Part shown: one piece after another, positions 18,237-26,819 of the stretch
How the letters are laid out: every line of letters begins with the position of its first letter
How positions within the stretch are numbered: position 1 is the first letter of the stretch
Origin: Escherichia phage C6
DNA: 64,000 nt
Strand: one strand, 5' to 3'
Sequence record: MW679410.1
The notes under the pieces: model-generated
Told to the model about the DNA's origin: nothing
Database searches by the model: none
Seen by the model: the letters and a program-made list of their open reading frames with translations, nothing else
Made by a program: the position numbers and the translations under genes

Positions 18237-19203
18237 CGAACTTGTCCCAGAACTTCATATCTACCTTATCAGGCATACCATTCTTAGCGGCCCAGATAGC
18301 ATTAGTTTCGACTTCATCAACGATAGCTTCAAGTTCGGCCTGTACATCTTTAAAAGCATGAAGCCCTTGTTTGATTTCAAGGATAAACGGTGCTGTACGT
18401 AAAGGATATTGGAGGTCGCCTGTTTGATAGATTTCCTTCAACTGATAACCAGCACGATAAGCGTGGCTCAGAGCTTTCCAGTCAATACCTTCATTAGCTT
18501 CAGCTTTACGAGCACGTTCACCGTATTCCGCATCGAGCTTATTCAGAGATTGCTTGAGCTCGATTAATGACAGAGTGGTTTGGTATTTACGTCCGAGAAC
18601 AGTATAGAACGTTTGAGGTCCGGTTTTCTCATGGTTATGGAATACCCATTCACAGAACTCATTTTCAGGGAGTCGATGTTTGATATCTTCTACCTTAGTG
18701 CGACGTTGCTTAGTCGAACCGTCTTCTTGATAATCGACCCACTGTTCAGGAATCTGGTTAACAATAGCCAGTACACCACGCAGAGCAGCCAGTCGAGAAC
18801 CCTTAACGCCATATTTAGAAGCTTGCTTACGGACGTACCCTAAATAGGCTTTCATGTTGGTTGTATAGAACAGAGAACGGTTGCCTTGGATAAATTTCCA
18901 TACATCAGGTAAATCAGATTTAACCACCATTTCAGGTGGAGTGTGAATCATATCCAGAGCAACGGTTTCGCCTTCAGCCGCTAGTTTAAAGAAATATTTC
19001 AGACTGTAAAGCTCGTGGTCAACATCATCTTTAGTGTTTTTGGAAGCGGTGTTATTCGTATTCAGGTTGGTATGGTTCATAGCCGTACCTAACAGAATAT
19101 CACGCGGATGTGGAACAAAGATTTCTTTAAAATCGACATCAGATTCCGGAGTACTTGTTCCGTAAAGATGGCTACCGAAGTAGCCTTTCATAACTGTTCT
19201 CAT
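18193..19203 (-). CDS. Pol-beta superfamily nucleotidyltransferase
   Basis: 336 aa; N-terminal GS-x9-13-DxD motif (GSHLYGTSTPESDVDF). Confidence 0.55.
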   Translation of the reverse strand: MRTVMKGYFGSHLYGTSTPESDVDFKEIFVPHPRDILLGTAMNHTNLNTNNTASKNTKDDVDHELYSLKYFFKLAAEGETVALDMIHTPPEMVVKSDLPDVWKFIQGNRSLFYTTNMKAYLGYVRKQASKYGVKGSRLAALRGVLAIVNQIPEQWVDYQEDGSTKQRRTKVEDIKHRLPENEFCEWVFHNHEKTGPQTFYTVLGRKYQTTLSLIELKQSLNKLDAEYGERARKAEANEGIDWKALSHAYRAGYQLKEIYQTGDLQYPLRTAPFILEIKQGLHAFKDVQAELEAIVDEVETNAIWAAKNGMPDKVDMKFWDKFVEEVYLDNHNAYYR

Positions 19204-19652
19204 TCTTTGTCCTCGAAGTGGATTACCGGACAGACCTTAGATTTACGAGCTTTGATATATTGAATAACGATATTTTCTTTAATTTCCTTTCCTTCACGTT
19301 TAGCTTTAATTAGTTGCCATTCCTTTTCTTCTTTACGTAAATCATACCAGGCCCATAAACTCATTATACAATACACAATACCAACGGCTACCGCTAGAAT
19401 AAGAGCCAGTGTAACCAGTCCTAAAATAAAACCCAAACCCAAACCAACAGGAGTACTCAATACAAAGAACTGCTCCAATATACCGGCACCTGCAACAGTT
19501 AAGCCGAAAATAGTACTACCTGCAAGCACAGAACACATAAAGAACACCCAAACCATTTTCCAGAAGTATGCGCATAATGAGCGCGGACGTGAATAACTGG
19601 CATAAAAACGGTCATGTAGTTTAACGTGCCAAGAGTTTGTATTGATAATCAT
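19200..19652 (-). CDS. Integral membrane protein (about 3 TM helices)
   Basis: 150 aa; hydrophobic helices then Lys/Glu-rich tail; 4-nt overlap with downstream nucleotidyltransferase. Confidence 0.55.
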   Translation of the reverse strand: MIINTNSWHVKLHDRFYASYSRPRSLCAYFWKMVWVFFMCSVLAGSTIFGLTVAGAGILEQFFVLSTPVGLGLGFILGLVTLALILAVAVGIVYCIMSLWAWYDLRKEEKEWQLIKAKREGKEIKENIVIQYIKARKSKVCPVIHFEDKE

Positions 19653-19662
19653 AATATTTTCC

Positions 19663-20223
19663 TTAAGAGTTCATAGTTGGGATAACAGAGTTCAGATAAG
19701 AGACTAAAACTTTTAGCTCGTCCTTAGTAAATACCACTTCATTTTCACCGTCGTGTCTTTGGGTCAAGGATAGCAAATCACGACCCTGATGTTGATACAC
19801 GGTTAATTCAGTATCGTAATCCAGTTCTTCTTCATCACCTTCAAAGGTTTCACTAGAACGAATCACAGCATCTTGGCCTGGGACTTTCCATTCAACTTCT
19901 GGATGGCATTCTTCCTGGAACAGTTTAAAAATACATTTAAAGAAATTAGCAGAATCACTAATGCTTAGACATTCCCCATCCGTTTCCAAATTAAACCCGT
20001 TGTCATGGTTATAAATCTGGGCCCACATATCATCGTTAATATTAAATACACCTCTAAAACTACCCTTAAGATATTCATGTTTGTCCAAAACCTTTAAATC
20101 GTAAAGTGGTTTGATATCTTGGATAGTCAGTACGATTTTATCGTCTTCTTGTGAAAGCACAATTGCATTATCAACTACTTCAGCGGTCAGGTCACCAAAC
20201 AGCCCAGATGTTTCAATAATCAT
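19663..20223 (-). CDS. Hypothetical acidic protein
   Basis: 186 aa ATG ORF. Confidence 0.55.
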   Translation of the reverse strand: MIIETSGLFGDLTAEVVDNAIVLSQEDDKIVLTIQDIKPLYDLKVLDKHEYLKGSFRGVFNINDDMWAQIYNHDNGFNLETDGECLSISDSANFFKCIFKLFQEECHPEVEWKVPGQDAVIRSSETFEGDEEELDYDTELTVYQHQGRDLLSLTQRHDGENEVVFTKDELKVLVSYLNSVIPTMNS

Positions 20224-20233
20224 TTTCTGTTCC

Positions 20234-20416
20234 TCATTTCACATTTTGTTTAATAAAATTTAACAACTCTTTAAGAGCTTCATCTTCTTCTTTAGAAAGC
20301 CTGCTGCATTCACTAGCTGGGTAATCATTGCAAAACGCAGTTTCAAATCTAGCAACTGTACCTGCATAGGCCTCGATAAGCTCTTCAAGCTTTAAATGCT
20401 TTTCTTCGGTTTTCAT
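20234..20416 (-). CDS. Hypothetical small protein
   Basis: 60 aa. Confidence 0.4.
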   Translation of the reverse strand: MKTEEKHLKLEELIEAYAGTVARFETAFCNDYPASECSRLSKEEDEALKELLNFIKQNVK

Positions 20417-20419
20417 AAA

Positions 20420-20638
20420 TCACCGGTTATGTTTTAAAATACTATAAAGCTCTTCGACCTGGCTCGCATTCAGACAAATCATATCATTTTCTTGTTGGAG
20501 CGTAATTCCACCTTTTTCTTCCCAATCTTTAACAAAGATGTCATCGTCAGATTCTTCAACATCTGCCAAGAGGACAATAATACCATCTTCAGAATTACCA
20601 CTCGGATCATATAACATTACAGTTTCCTCGCTAACCAT
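20420..20638 (-). CDS. Hypothetical acidic protein (start trimmed)
   Basis: Track ORF 20420..20692; internal Met MVSEE chosen. Confidence 0.4.
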   Translation of the reverse strand: MVSEETVMLYDPSGNSEDGIIVLLADVEESDDDIFVKDWEEKGGITLQQENDMICLNASQVEELYSILKHNR

Positions 20639-20737
20639 GAAAAGAATAAACCAATTAAAACGGGCCCTACAACCATTGTTAACCAAGCCCAAGGTTCAAG
20701 ATAGTAAATCATCTTCATGCTCCTGTGCCATCGGCCA

Positions 20738-20920
20738 TTATGCTTTCAACTCATTAAGATACTCAACCAAGGCCGCTTTAGAGTTAGCCAAATCTCGTTT
20801 ACACTGCTCTATTCCGGAATATGAATAGCCTTCGCAATGTTCTACTGCAATATCATAAGAATCCCGTTCAATAGCAGTGGCTAGTTTAAGGATTTGTTCA
20901 ATCTGTTCAGTAGTTAACAT
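20738..20920 (-). CDS. Hypothetical small protein
   Basis: 60 aa. Confidence 0.4.
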   Translation of the reverse strand: MLTTEQIEQILKLATAIERDSYDIAVEHCEGYSYSGIEQCKRDLANSKAALVEYLNELKA

Positions 20921-20924
20921 AATA

Positions 20925-21161
20925 TCACCAGTATTTGTTGATGGTAGAAATTAATTCTTGGACCTGGGCTGTATTCAGTTTACACCCACAACCCTTTAAT
21001 GTGTCTTTAAGGAGCCACGGTTCCTTGAGCTCGTCCTTTTCCAGACGAATTCTGTATCCTCGATAATCGGCAAAGATACTTCGGTCGTCGAATATCTTAA
21101 TCTCAAGGATACGACCGTTGATTTCATATTCTAATGAAACCGTAGTACTTGCAAGTTTCAT
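20925..21161 (-). CDS. Hypothetical protein
   Basis: 78 aa; SD GAGGAAAA; downstream of early promoter. Confidence 0.5.
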   Translation of the reverse strand: MKLASTTVSLEYEINGRILEIKIFDDRSIFADYRGYRIRLEKDELKEPWLLKDTLKGCGCKLNTAQVQELISTINKYW

Positions 21162-21188
21162 ACTGTTTTCCTCATTAGTTGATAGGTC

Positions 21189-21217
21189 TATAGTATCATG
21201 TTCCTAGAGGATGTAAA
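21189..21217 (-). promoter_or_regulatory. T4 early-type promoter
   Basis: Minus strand GTTTAC, 17-nt spacer, TGATACTAT; conserved GATAGGTCTATAGTATCATG block. Confidence 0.6.
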
Positions 21218-21259
21218 CACTAAAAATGAAAAAAGGTCCCACCGAAGTGAGACCTTTGA

Positions 21260-21643
21260 TTATTCTAACGTCAGCAAATACTTAGTCTGGTAAAAGACGC
21301 CAGTGATATCGTCCAAAGTCGACTGGATGGCCTTAGGAAGGGTGTCATAGATTTTATCAGATGCTTTAAGAAGCTCGTCAAGAAAATCTACCGGGTCCTT
21401 AGGCAAGTCTGAAGCAGACGGTAATGATGCTTTATATTCTTTGCCACTGAATCCAAGATATTGCTCACTAAATTGGTCCAGAGGTCCTTGAACTTCTACA
21501 TAATAGAAGTCATACGCTTTGTGTCTTGCATAGCTTTTGGTTTCTAAATGGGCTGACTTAAAATAGGCTAAAGAAACCAGTAGCCAACCAATATAAGAAT
21601 CCACTTCAGACCCTCGACCGGGTACGAAATCATTGAACTTCAT
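21260..21643 (-). CDS. Hypothetical protein
   Basis: 127 aa ATG ORF. Confidence 0.5.
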   Translation of the reverse strand: MKFNDFVPGRGSEVDSYIGWLLVSLAYFKSAHLETKSYARHKAYDFYYVEVQGPLDQFSEQYLGFSGKEYKASLPSASDLPKDPVDFLDELLKASDKIYDTLPKAIQSTLDDITGVFYQTKYLLTLE

Positions 21644-21923
21644 CTTCCACCTTCATTAGTTTTACATAACGCTCTCCGATGGCGCGACCTTCAATTGAGC
21701 ATGCTTCTATAGTCCGACAACTTGAATTCTTCCAGGAAGCCGTAACATAGGCCCAATAGTCTTCGGAGGCCTTTACGCTAGGTCTACTCATTTGCGCATA
21801 AACAGGCATCGCACTACTAGCAAACGCGTCCATCAATTTATCATTGGTATCATTTGCTAGTGAAACTGAAGGGCCTAAACATCCCGCCATAAGGATACAA
21901 GCCGCTGTACGGAAAATATCCAT
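21630..21923 (-). CDS. rI: Lysis-inhibition regulator RI-like protein
   Basis: 97 aa as T4 RI; N-terminal signal-anchor; C-terminal similarity to recalled RI; position upstream of tk. Confidence 0.5.
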   Translation of the reverse strand: MDIFRTAACILMAGCLGPSVSLANDTNDKLMDAFASSAMPVYAQMSRPSVKASEDYWAYVTASWKNSSCRTIEACSIEGRAIGERYVKLMKVEDEVQ

Positions 21924-22015
21924 ACAAATGTCCTTTGTTGTTTTATACTATTTGCCTTTCGGCCTTAACCGATAGCGATTACCAAAAGCTAAAGCTCTAC
22001 GGTTAGTATTATTAT

Positions 22016-22294
22016 TTATAGCTTTTTAAGCTTACGACAATAAGAATAGAACACGTCGTTAAAATTATATTCAACCCAATTCCTCTGTATAGGCGAGGTA
22101 ATGGAAAGCATATAATGCGCTTTAATTAAATCCATCCCATTTTTATTAGGACACTCTTTATTATTAGCATTATACGTCGCTGCTACAACCTCTATCTCTC
22201 TTTTGTAAGCCACACCATCCATGATAGGCAAAAGAACAATATAAGAAATAGCCACAGCGAACGCTAGAATTAAAATCTTTGAATTTAGGTCCAT
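22016..22294 (-). CDS. Membrane-anchored hypothetical protein
   Basis: 92 aa with N-terminal hydrophobic segment. Confidence 0.45.
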   Translation of the reverse strand: MDLNSKILILAFAVAISYIVLLPIMDGVAYKREIEVVAATYNANNKECPNKNGMDLIKAHYMLSITSPIQRNWVEYNFNDVFYSYCRKLKKL

Positions 22295-22301
22295 AGTACC
22301 C

Positions 22302-22874
22302 TCAACTCGTTATTTCTATCCAGTGCTTCCTGCACAATGACACGTAAGAATCGTTGCCACCTATAGAAACTTGGGCTCCGTCCTTAATTGCGATACCATC
22401 TTGGATACGAGCCGTCATAGTAGCTTTACGGCCGCAATGGCACACACCTTTGTACTCAACGAGTTTATCTGCTGTAGCGAGTAATTCAGCAGAGCCAGGA
22501 AACAGTTTACCCTGAAAATCAGTTCTTAGTCCATAGCACATAACCGGAACATTATAATTGTCTACTATCTTTGCCAGTTGTTTTATCTGTACAGGTTCTA
22601 AGAATTGCGCTTCATCCACAAACACACAGTGGATATCTTTTTGAGATTCAGCCCAACGATAGAACTCGTATAGGTCCATATTCGGAGTCACTGCATTAGC
22701 CTCTTGGCTAATCCCTATACGAGACGAAATGCTATGGCTTGATTCTCTATTGTCTATCGCAGGCTTTAAAAGAAGTACGCCCATACCACGTTCTTTGTAG
22801 TTATGAGCGGCTGTTAGCAATGAAGCAGTCTTTCCAGAATTCATTGCAGCATAGTGAAAATAAAGTTGGGCCAT
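22302..22874 (-). CDS. tk: Thymidine kinase
   Basis: 190 aa; P-loop NSGKT; VDEAQF; C-terminal zinc motif CHCGRKA...C. Confidence 0.9.
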   Translation of the reverse strand: MAQLYFHYAAMNSGKTASLLTAAHNYKERGMGVLLLKPAIDNRESSHSISSRIGISQEANAVTPNMDLYEFYRWAESQKDIHCVFVDEAQFLEPVQIKQLAKIVDNYNVPVMCYGLRTDFQGKLFPGSAELLATADKLVEYKGVCHCGRKATMTARIQDGIAIKDGAQVSIGGNDSYVSLCRKHWIEITS

Positions 22875-22883
22875 ATTACCTTC

Positions 22884-23090
22884 TTAAAGACTATTTACAT
22901 AAGCTATTAATTCATTTTCTTTCTCATCAAATCGATTGGCAAATTCTTCCTGATGTTCGGGAGATAGCGGGCCGTATTCATCATAAAAGGCGTTTGCTTC
23001 TGTATGCTCGTCCAAAAGCTCATGGATAAGCTCAAACAATTTATCTTTCTGTTCTTTACTCAGACTCATAACCATTGCACCTTTAAGCAA
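22884..23090 (-). CDS. Hypothetical acidic protein
   Basis: 68 aa. Confidence 0.4.
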   Translation of the reverse strand: MLKGAMVMSLSKEQKDKLFELIHELLDEHTEANAFYDEYGPLSPEHQEEFANRFDEKENELIAYVNSL

Positions 23091-23278
23091 TATTCTTCTA
23101 CATGCTGTTTACGTTTATTTTTATCTATAAAAGTATATTCAACATATTCACCGATATACCATTTATCGGTGTTGTGTTGACTTTTTATAGGGCATTTAGT
23201 TACTCGGGTTTCGGTCCAGTGTCGAATAATTTCCGCTTTGTTTTTAGGGTCAAACGGATGCGGGTAATGGGCTTTCAT
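23066..23278 (-). CDS. Hypothetical protein
   Basis: 70 aa. Confidence 0.4.
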   Translation of the reverse strand: MKAHYPHPFDPKNKAEIIRHWTETRVTKCPIKSQHNTDKWYIGEYVEYTFIDKNKRKQHVEEYCLKVQWL

Positions 23279-23717
23279 AATCTACCACCACTAAATTAAT
23301 ATCAGGAGTAAACAAATTAATCAATTGATAAACCTTGTCCCAATCACCACCAGCAATACCACAACCAATGCGAGGAATATAAATTCTTGGTTTAAACAAA
23401 AGACCTTTTGCGGTACGGTTTAATTCTATCATACAGTTTACTAAAGCACCATAATCAAGATTAGGGCCTGGTTCATATTGGGTATATAAATTATAGCAAA
23501 TTTGGCCGTTATTACCTGTGGCTTGAGTAAACGTGCCAAGTTTTTCCAAATTGCCTAAATAAGTGGTTTTATCGATAGCGAGAATAGGTGGATAAGCCTT
23601 AGCCAATTGTCCGGCTACACCTGAACCCATTGTGTGGAAACAGTTACACCCGTGTGCAACATTATTACCTTGAAGAAATAGGGCGACGATATCGCCCTTA
23701 ATATAATCAATAATCAT
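23250..23717 (-). CDS. Macro-domain protein (TARG1/DarG-like ADP-ribose hydrolase fold)
   Basis: 155 aa; GDIVALFLQGNNVAHGCNCFHTMGSGVAGQLAKAYP and PRIGCGIAGGDWDKV resemble TARG1-type macro-domain motifs. Confidence 0.55.
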   Translation of the reverse strand: MIIDYIKGDIVALFLQGNNVAHGCNCFHTMGSGVAGQLAKAYPPILAIDKTTYLGNLEKLGTFTQATGNNGQICYNLYTQYEPGPNLDYGALVNCMIELNRTAKGLLFKPRIYIPRIGCGIAGGDWDKVYQLINLFTPDINLVVVDYESPLPASV

Positions 23718-24070
23718 TTAGAGTTTAATCCTCGATTGTAAGAATCAACGAGTCTGTCTACCATAGACGCGCACATTTCTTTGTACTTTTTATCAGATGG
23801 AATACATTCAGTAACGTTTAGACGTTGCTCGTATCTTTTAGAAAGAGTTTTCTCTTTCATTCTGCGATGCTCTACGTCGTTCTGTCCATCTTTAAAAGCA
23901 GCTGTGATTTTTGAACTGAATTCGATAACGCATTCAGTATTACTTGGATGACAATAATCTTTTGCTGTACGGGTAGCATACTCAACAATTGAATTATTGC
24001 TATCATCAACTTGTGACGCTAATACTCCCGGAGCGATCAACATAAGCGCTATAGTCATCTGTTTAATCAT
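23714..24070 (-). CDS. Secreted small protein (vs-like by position)
   Basis: 118 aa; N-terminal signal peptide MIKQMTIALMLIAPGVLAS. Confidence 0.45.
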   Translation of the reverse strand: MIKQMTIALMLIAPGVLASQVDDSNNSIVEYATRTAKDYCHPSNTECVIEFSSKITAAFKDGQNDVEHRRMKEKTLSKRYEQRLNVTECIPSDKKYKEMCASMVDRLVDSYNRGLNSK

Positions 24071-24610
24071 TTAATATACCGCCTCAAACATCTTTTTAGA
24101 TTTTAGGTAATTGGCCTTTTCTAGAACTTCAGAAGCATATTTACTGCCTGCTTTGACGTTCCAGCCCGCATTATAAGAAGCAATCGCTTTTCTCAGGTCA
24201 CCTTTGTGAACATCAATCCAATAAGACAGTTCAATGTAGGCCCAAGAGGCACTGTTCTGTCGTTTTTGGACCATACGAATTATTTCTTTGTCAGACATCT
24301 TCCAACCTACCTGTTGAACACGACTTCTTAACGTAGGCAAGTAATTTTGGAACATGCCATAAGCATGGTGCTTATCTTTATTTAAACCTTGATTAATTCC
24401 GGCGGATGATTCCTGCCATAGTAATCCGGCCATGATATATCCTAATCCTTTTTGATTAGGGTTTTCTTTGAACTTTCCCGACTTTTGGTATTGTTCACCG
24501 AAAGCATACGCATAATGTAAATTATCGAGTTGTTCATTACTGAAAGTAGGCTCTACGCTATGGGCAGACATACTAACTGTCAATAGTAAAGTGGCTAATA
24601 CTTTTTTCAT
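24071..24610 (-). CDS. Secreted lytic transglycosylase (SLT domain)
   Basis: 179 aa; signal peptide MKKVLATLLLTVSMSAHS; SLT motifs ES...AYGMFQ and SYNAG. Confidence 0.6.
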   Translation of the reverse strand: MKKVLATLLLTVSMSAHSVEPTFSNEQLDNLHYAYAFGEQYQKSGKFKENPNQKGLGYIMAGLLWQESSAGINQGLNKDKHHAYGMFQNYLPTLRSRVQQVGWKMSDKEIIRMVQKRQNSASWAYIELSYWIDVHKGDLRKAIASYNAGWNVKAGSKYASEVLEKANYLKSKKMFEAVY

Positions 24611-24622
24611 GAGACCTCATTA

Positions 24623-25081
24623 TTAAAGATAGATTACTTTAGTGCTTGTTTTACCTTCTAAACGTTTAGAGTTAACAAATGCCATACGGCATTTAAGGGA
24701 ATATCCTTTATCAGGATGTTTACGGTCTACTGTCATACCTAGCCATAAGGTTTTATCGGTAATTTCGAGACGCAATGGACGATACACTTTACCAGGGACA
24801 ATTTCAGATTCTACATCAGGCAGAGGTTCCTGGATTAAGAATTCATGGATTTCTTTAACATGGTTATGGAGTTGCTTGAATAAAGCAAAAACGTATTTTT
24901 CGTCGATTTCACGTTGGATAGCACGGTCCAACAAATGATTAGAGTACTTAATAAAGAAGGCTGGGACTCCGCTCTTAATGGCGGCTTTTTTGATGGACGC
25001 ATTCAGTTCACGGAATTCGGTTTCGAACTGACGACGTAATTTGTTGCGGCGGATGAATACTTCTGAATTAATTTCTGACAT
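24623..25081 (-). CDS. regB: RegB site-specific endoribonuclease
   Basis: 152 aa; strong match to recalled T4 RegB (EVFIRRNKLRR.FE.EFR...HLLDRAIQREIDE.YVF). Confidence 0.9.
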   Translation of the reverse strand: MSEINSEVFIRRNKLRRQFETEFRELNASIKKAAIKSGVPAFFIKYSNHLLDRAIQREIDEKYVFALFKQLHNHVKEIHEFLIQEPLPDVESEIVPGKVYRPLRLEITDKTLWLGMTVDRKHPDKGYSLKCRMAFVNSKRLEGKTSTKVIYL

Positions 25082-25109
25082 TTTGTAATCTCCTGTAGTT
25101 GATAGGTTT

Positions 25110-25138
25110 ATAGTATCATGTCTACAGGAGATGTAAAC
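25110..25138 (-). promoter_or_regulatory. T4 early-type promoter upstream of regB, with spacer/SD inverted repeat
   Basis: Minus strand GTTTAC, 17-nt spacer, TGATACTAT; 9-bp CTCCTGTAG in spacer is the perfect complement of CTACAGGAG at the regB SD. Confidence 0.6.
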
Positions 25139-25142
25139 TGCT

Positions 25143-25394
25143 TTATTCTTGGAATGGGGTAAGTTTTCCAGCAGCTGAACAAATTTCTACCAGTACAGGG
25201 TAAAACTCTTTCACTTGTTCAAGGCGTTGGGCGGCATACTGTACTTCGCCTTCTTCGAGACAAGCCAATTGGTCGTCAAGCAAGTATTTGTGGTAACCAG
25301 TACAGGCTTCACCGACGATACGCTGGAAATCTTGTAAACTTTCAATTTTCATCAGTATTTTTCCTCGGGTTGGAAAACGGAACGGCACGCCCAC
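25143..25394 (-). CDS. Hypothetical protein
   Basis: 83 aa. Confidence 0.45.
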   Translation of the reverse strand: MGVPFRFPTRGKILMKIESLQDFQRIVGEACTGYHKYLLDDQLACLEEGEVQYAAQRLEQVKEFYPVLVEICSAAGKLTPFQE

Positions 25395-25630
25395 ATGCTT
25401 GCTTCTTTCAAGCGTTCGATTGCTGTACGAATCTGGGCTAGGCGTTCATGGGTGAGGTTAAATTCTTCATCACTCATTTTATCAACACCCGAGCATGTAA
25501 AGGCTTCAACATATTCTTCTTCCAAGGCTTTAAAGATTAACCCCAATCGAACTTCAGCATCTTTAATCGCATTCACTTTACTGATTTTGTCGTCGGTATG
25601 CGGTTTGTAACCCTTGATATCTTCAATCAT
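25352..25630 (-). CDS. Hypothetical helical protein
   Basis: 92 aa; in the vs.3-vs.8 equivalent interval. Confidence 0.45.
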   Translation of the reverse strand: MIEDIKGYKPHTDDKISKVNAIKDAEVRLGLIFKALEEEYVEAFTCSGVDKMSDEEFNLTHERLAQIRTAIERLKEASMWACRSVFQPEEKY

Positions 25631-25845
25631 TTCACTTCCTCATCAGATGCAGTATCATATTCTACCAAACGAAGCCCATCATATCCACCACTAACAGAGA
25701 TATATGTGCTCGGATAAACGGTTTCTTTACCATTCCATTGTCCACCATCCCAGCATTCCAAAAAGCCTTGTTCGCCCTGTTCGTGGAACCAGTCAACAAA
25801 CATCTTCAGAGCTTCATCAGAGCCTTCAATTGTCAATTTAGACAT
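25627..25845 (-). CDS. Hypothetical protein
   Basis: 72 aa. Confidence 0.45.
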   Translation of the reverse strand: MSKLTIEGSDEALKMFVDWFHEQGEQGFLECWDGGQWNGKETVYPSTYISVSGGYDGLRLVEYDTASDEEVK

Positions 25846-26182
25846 ATTTCTTCCAGTCAGAAATCATATGAATCTCTTGGTCATAAGTTAAGAGACTGCG
25901 AGTAATAATACCCTTACAAGGCCCTGAGATGAACTCGAGAGTGAAGTAAGGAACCTGTTTCATTAATCGGATACTTGGGGCATGACATCTAAAACGAGAG
26001 CCCTTAAAGGGCCCTGTCATGAACACGTATTCTAGTGGGTAAAAATAAGCATATTCAAAATTCGCGGTAAGGTCCTCTCTTCGAACCTTACGTGAGAAAT
26101 AACAGAACTCAAAAAGTTCTTCATCAGTCATCATTGCATTCCTATCACAAAGAACAGAGGCAAAGGTTTGTCGCCTTGGCAC
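25838..26182 (-). CDS. Hypothetical protein
   Basis: 114 aa. Confidence 0.45.
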   Translation of the reverse strand: MPRRQTFASVLCDRNAMMTDEELFEFCYFSRKVRREDLTANFEYAYFYPLEYVFMTGPFKGSRFRCHAPSIRLMKQVPYFTLEFISGPCKGIITRSLLTYDQEIHMISDWKKYV

Positions 26183-26658
26183 ATAAATTTATTAATCATT
26201 ACCTGATAAGCTTCATAGAACTTATCCATTGCCGGAAGGCGCATCGGCTCTTCGATAATAATCAATAATCGAGTAACAGATAGTCCACGATACTTATGGA
26301 AATGGTCTTCATCAAGGAAACTGCGCACAGTATCATAGACAATAAAACCAGGACCTTCGACTTGGAGATGTGGTTGTGCCTTAGAAACCTGTTTTATTAC
26401 ATTACAAATTTCCCGCGAGCGATGCGAAGAACTTGACATAACAATCACATCATTACCTTTGGAAACCCAATCAGCTGCGAACTGAGCAAGGGCACTTGTT
26501 TTACCTGTTTGGCGTCCGCCATCAAGTCGAAGAGTACCAAACTCTTGCATTCTTGAAGCAGGTTCGTACCAGGTATATTGGTCTGAGTCTAAACGTTCAA
26601 TGGCGCGTTCAGCGAAGGCGTGCATTAAGGTTAGATAAATGGGAGTTAAAAATTTCAT
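26131..26658 (-). CDS. P-loop protein
   Basis: 175 aa; Walker A-like GGRQTGKTSA. Confidence 0.5.
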   Translation of the reverse strand: MKFLTPIYLTLMHAFAERAIERLDSDQYTWYEPASRMQEFGTLRLDGGRQTGKTSALAQFAADWVSKGNDVIVMSSSSHRSREICNVIKQVSKAQPHLQVEGPGFIVYDTVRSFLDEDHFHKYRGLSVTRLLIIIEEPMRLPAMDKFYEAYQVMINKFMCQGDKPLPLFFVIGMQ

Positions 26659-26819
26659 AGTAGTCTCTTAGTGGTGGGGCCATTCCTTGGCACATTAAGT
26701 CATCCATGTATCCGTATGTAAACCCTTTACCGCACTTGGGCTCGACCTTATTACAGGTAGGGAAAGGCCCATCACTCAGAGGACACGACGTTCATGAGGA
26801 GAGGGTCGGCTTGCCTTTA

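Noticed and set aside
18193-19652. Calling the nucleotidyltransferase plus membrane protein a phage-borne CBASS system
   Set aside because: Only the generic GS...DxD motif is visible; no identifiable effector domain or cyclase-specific features. Kept as a finding with an open functional assignment.
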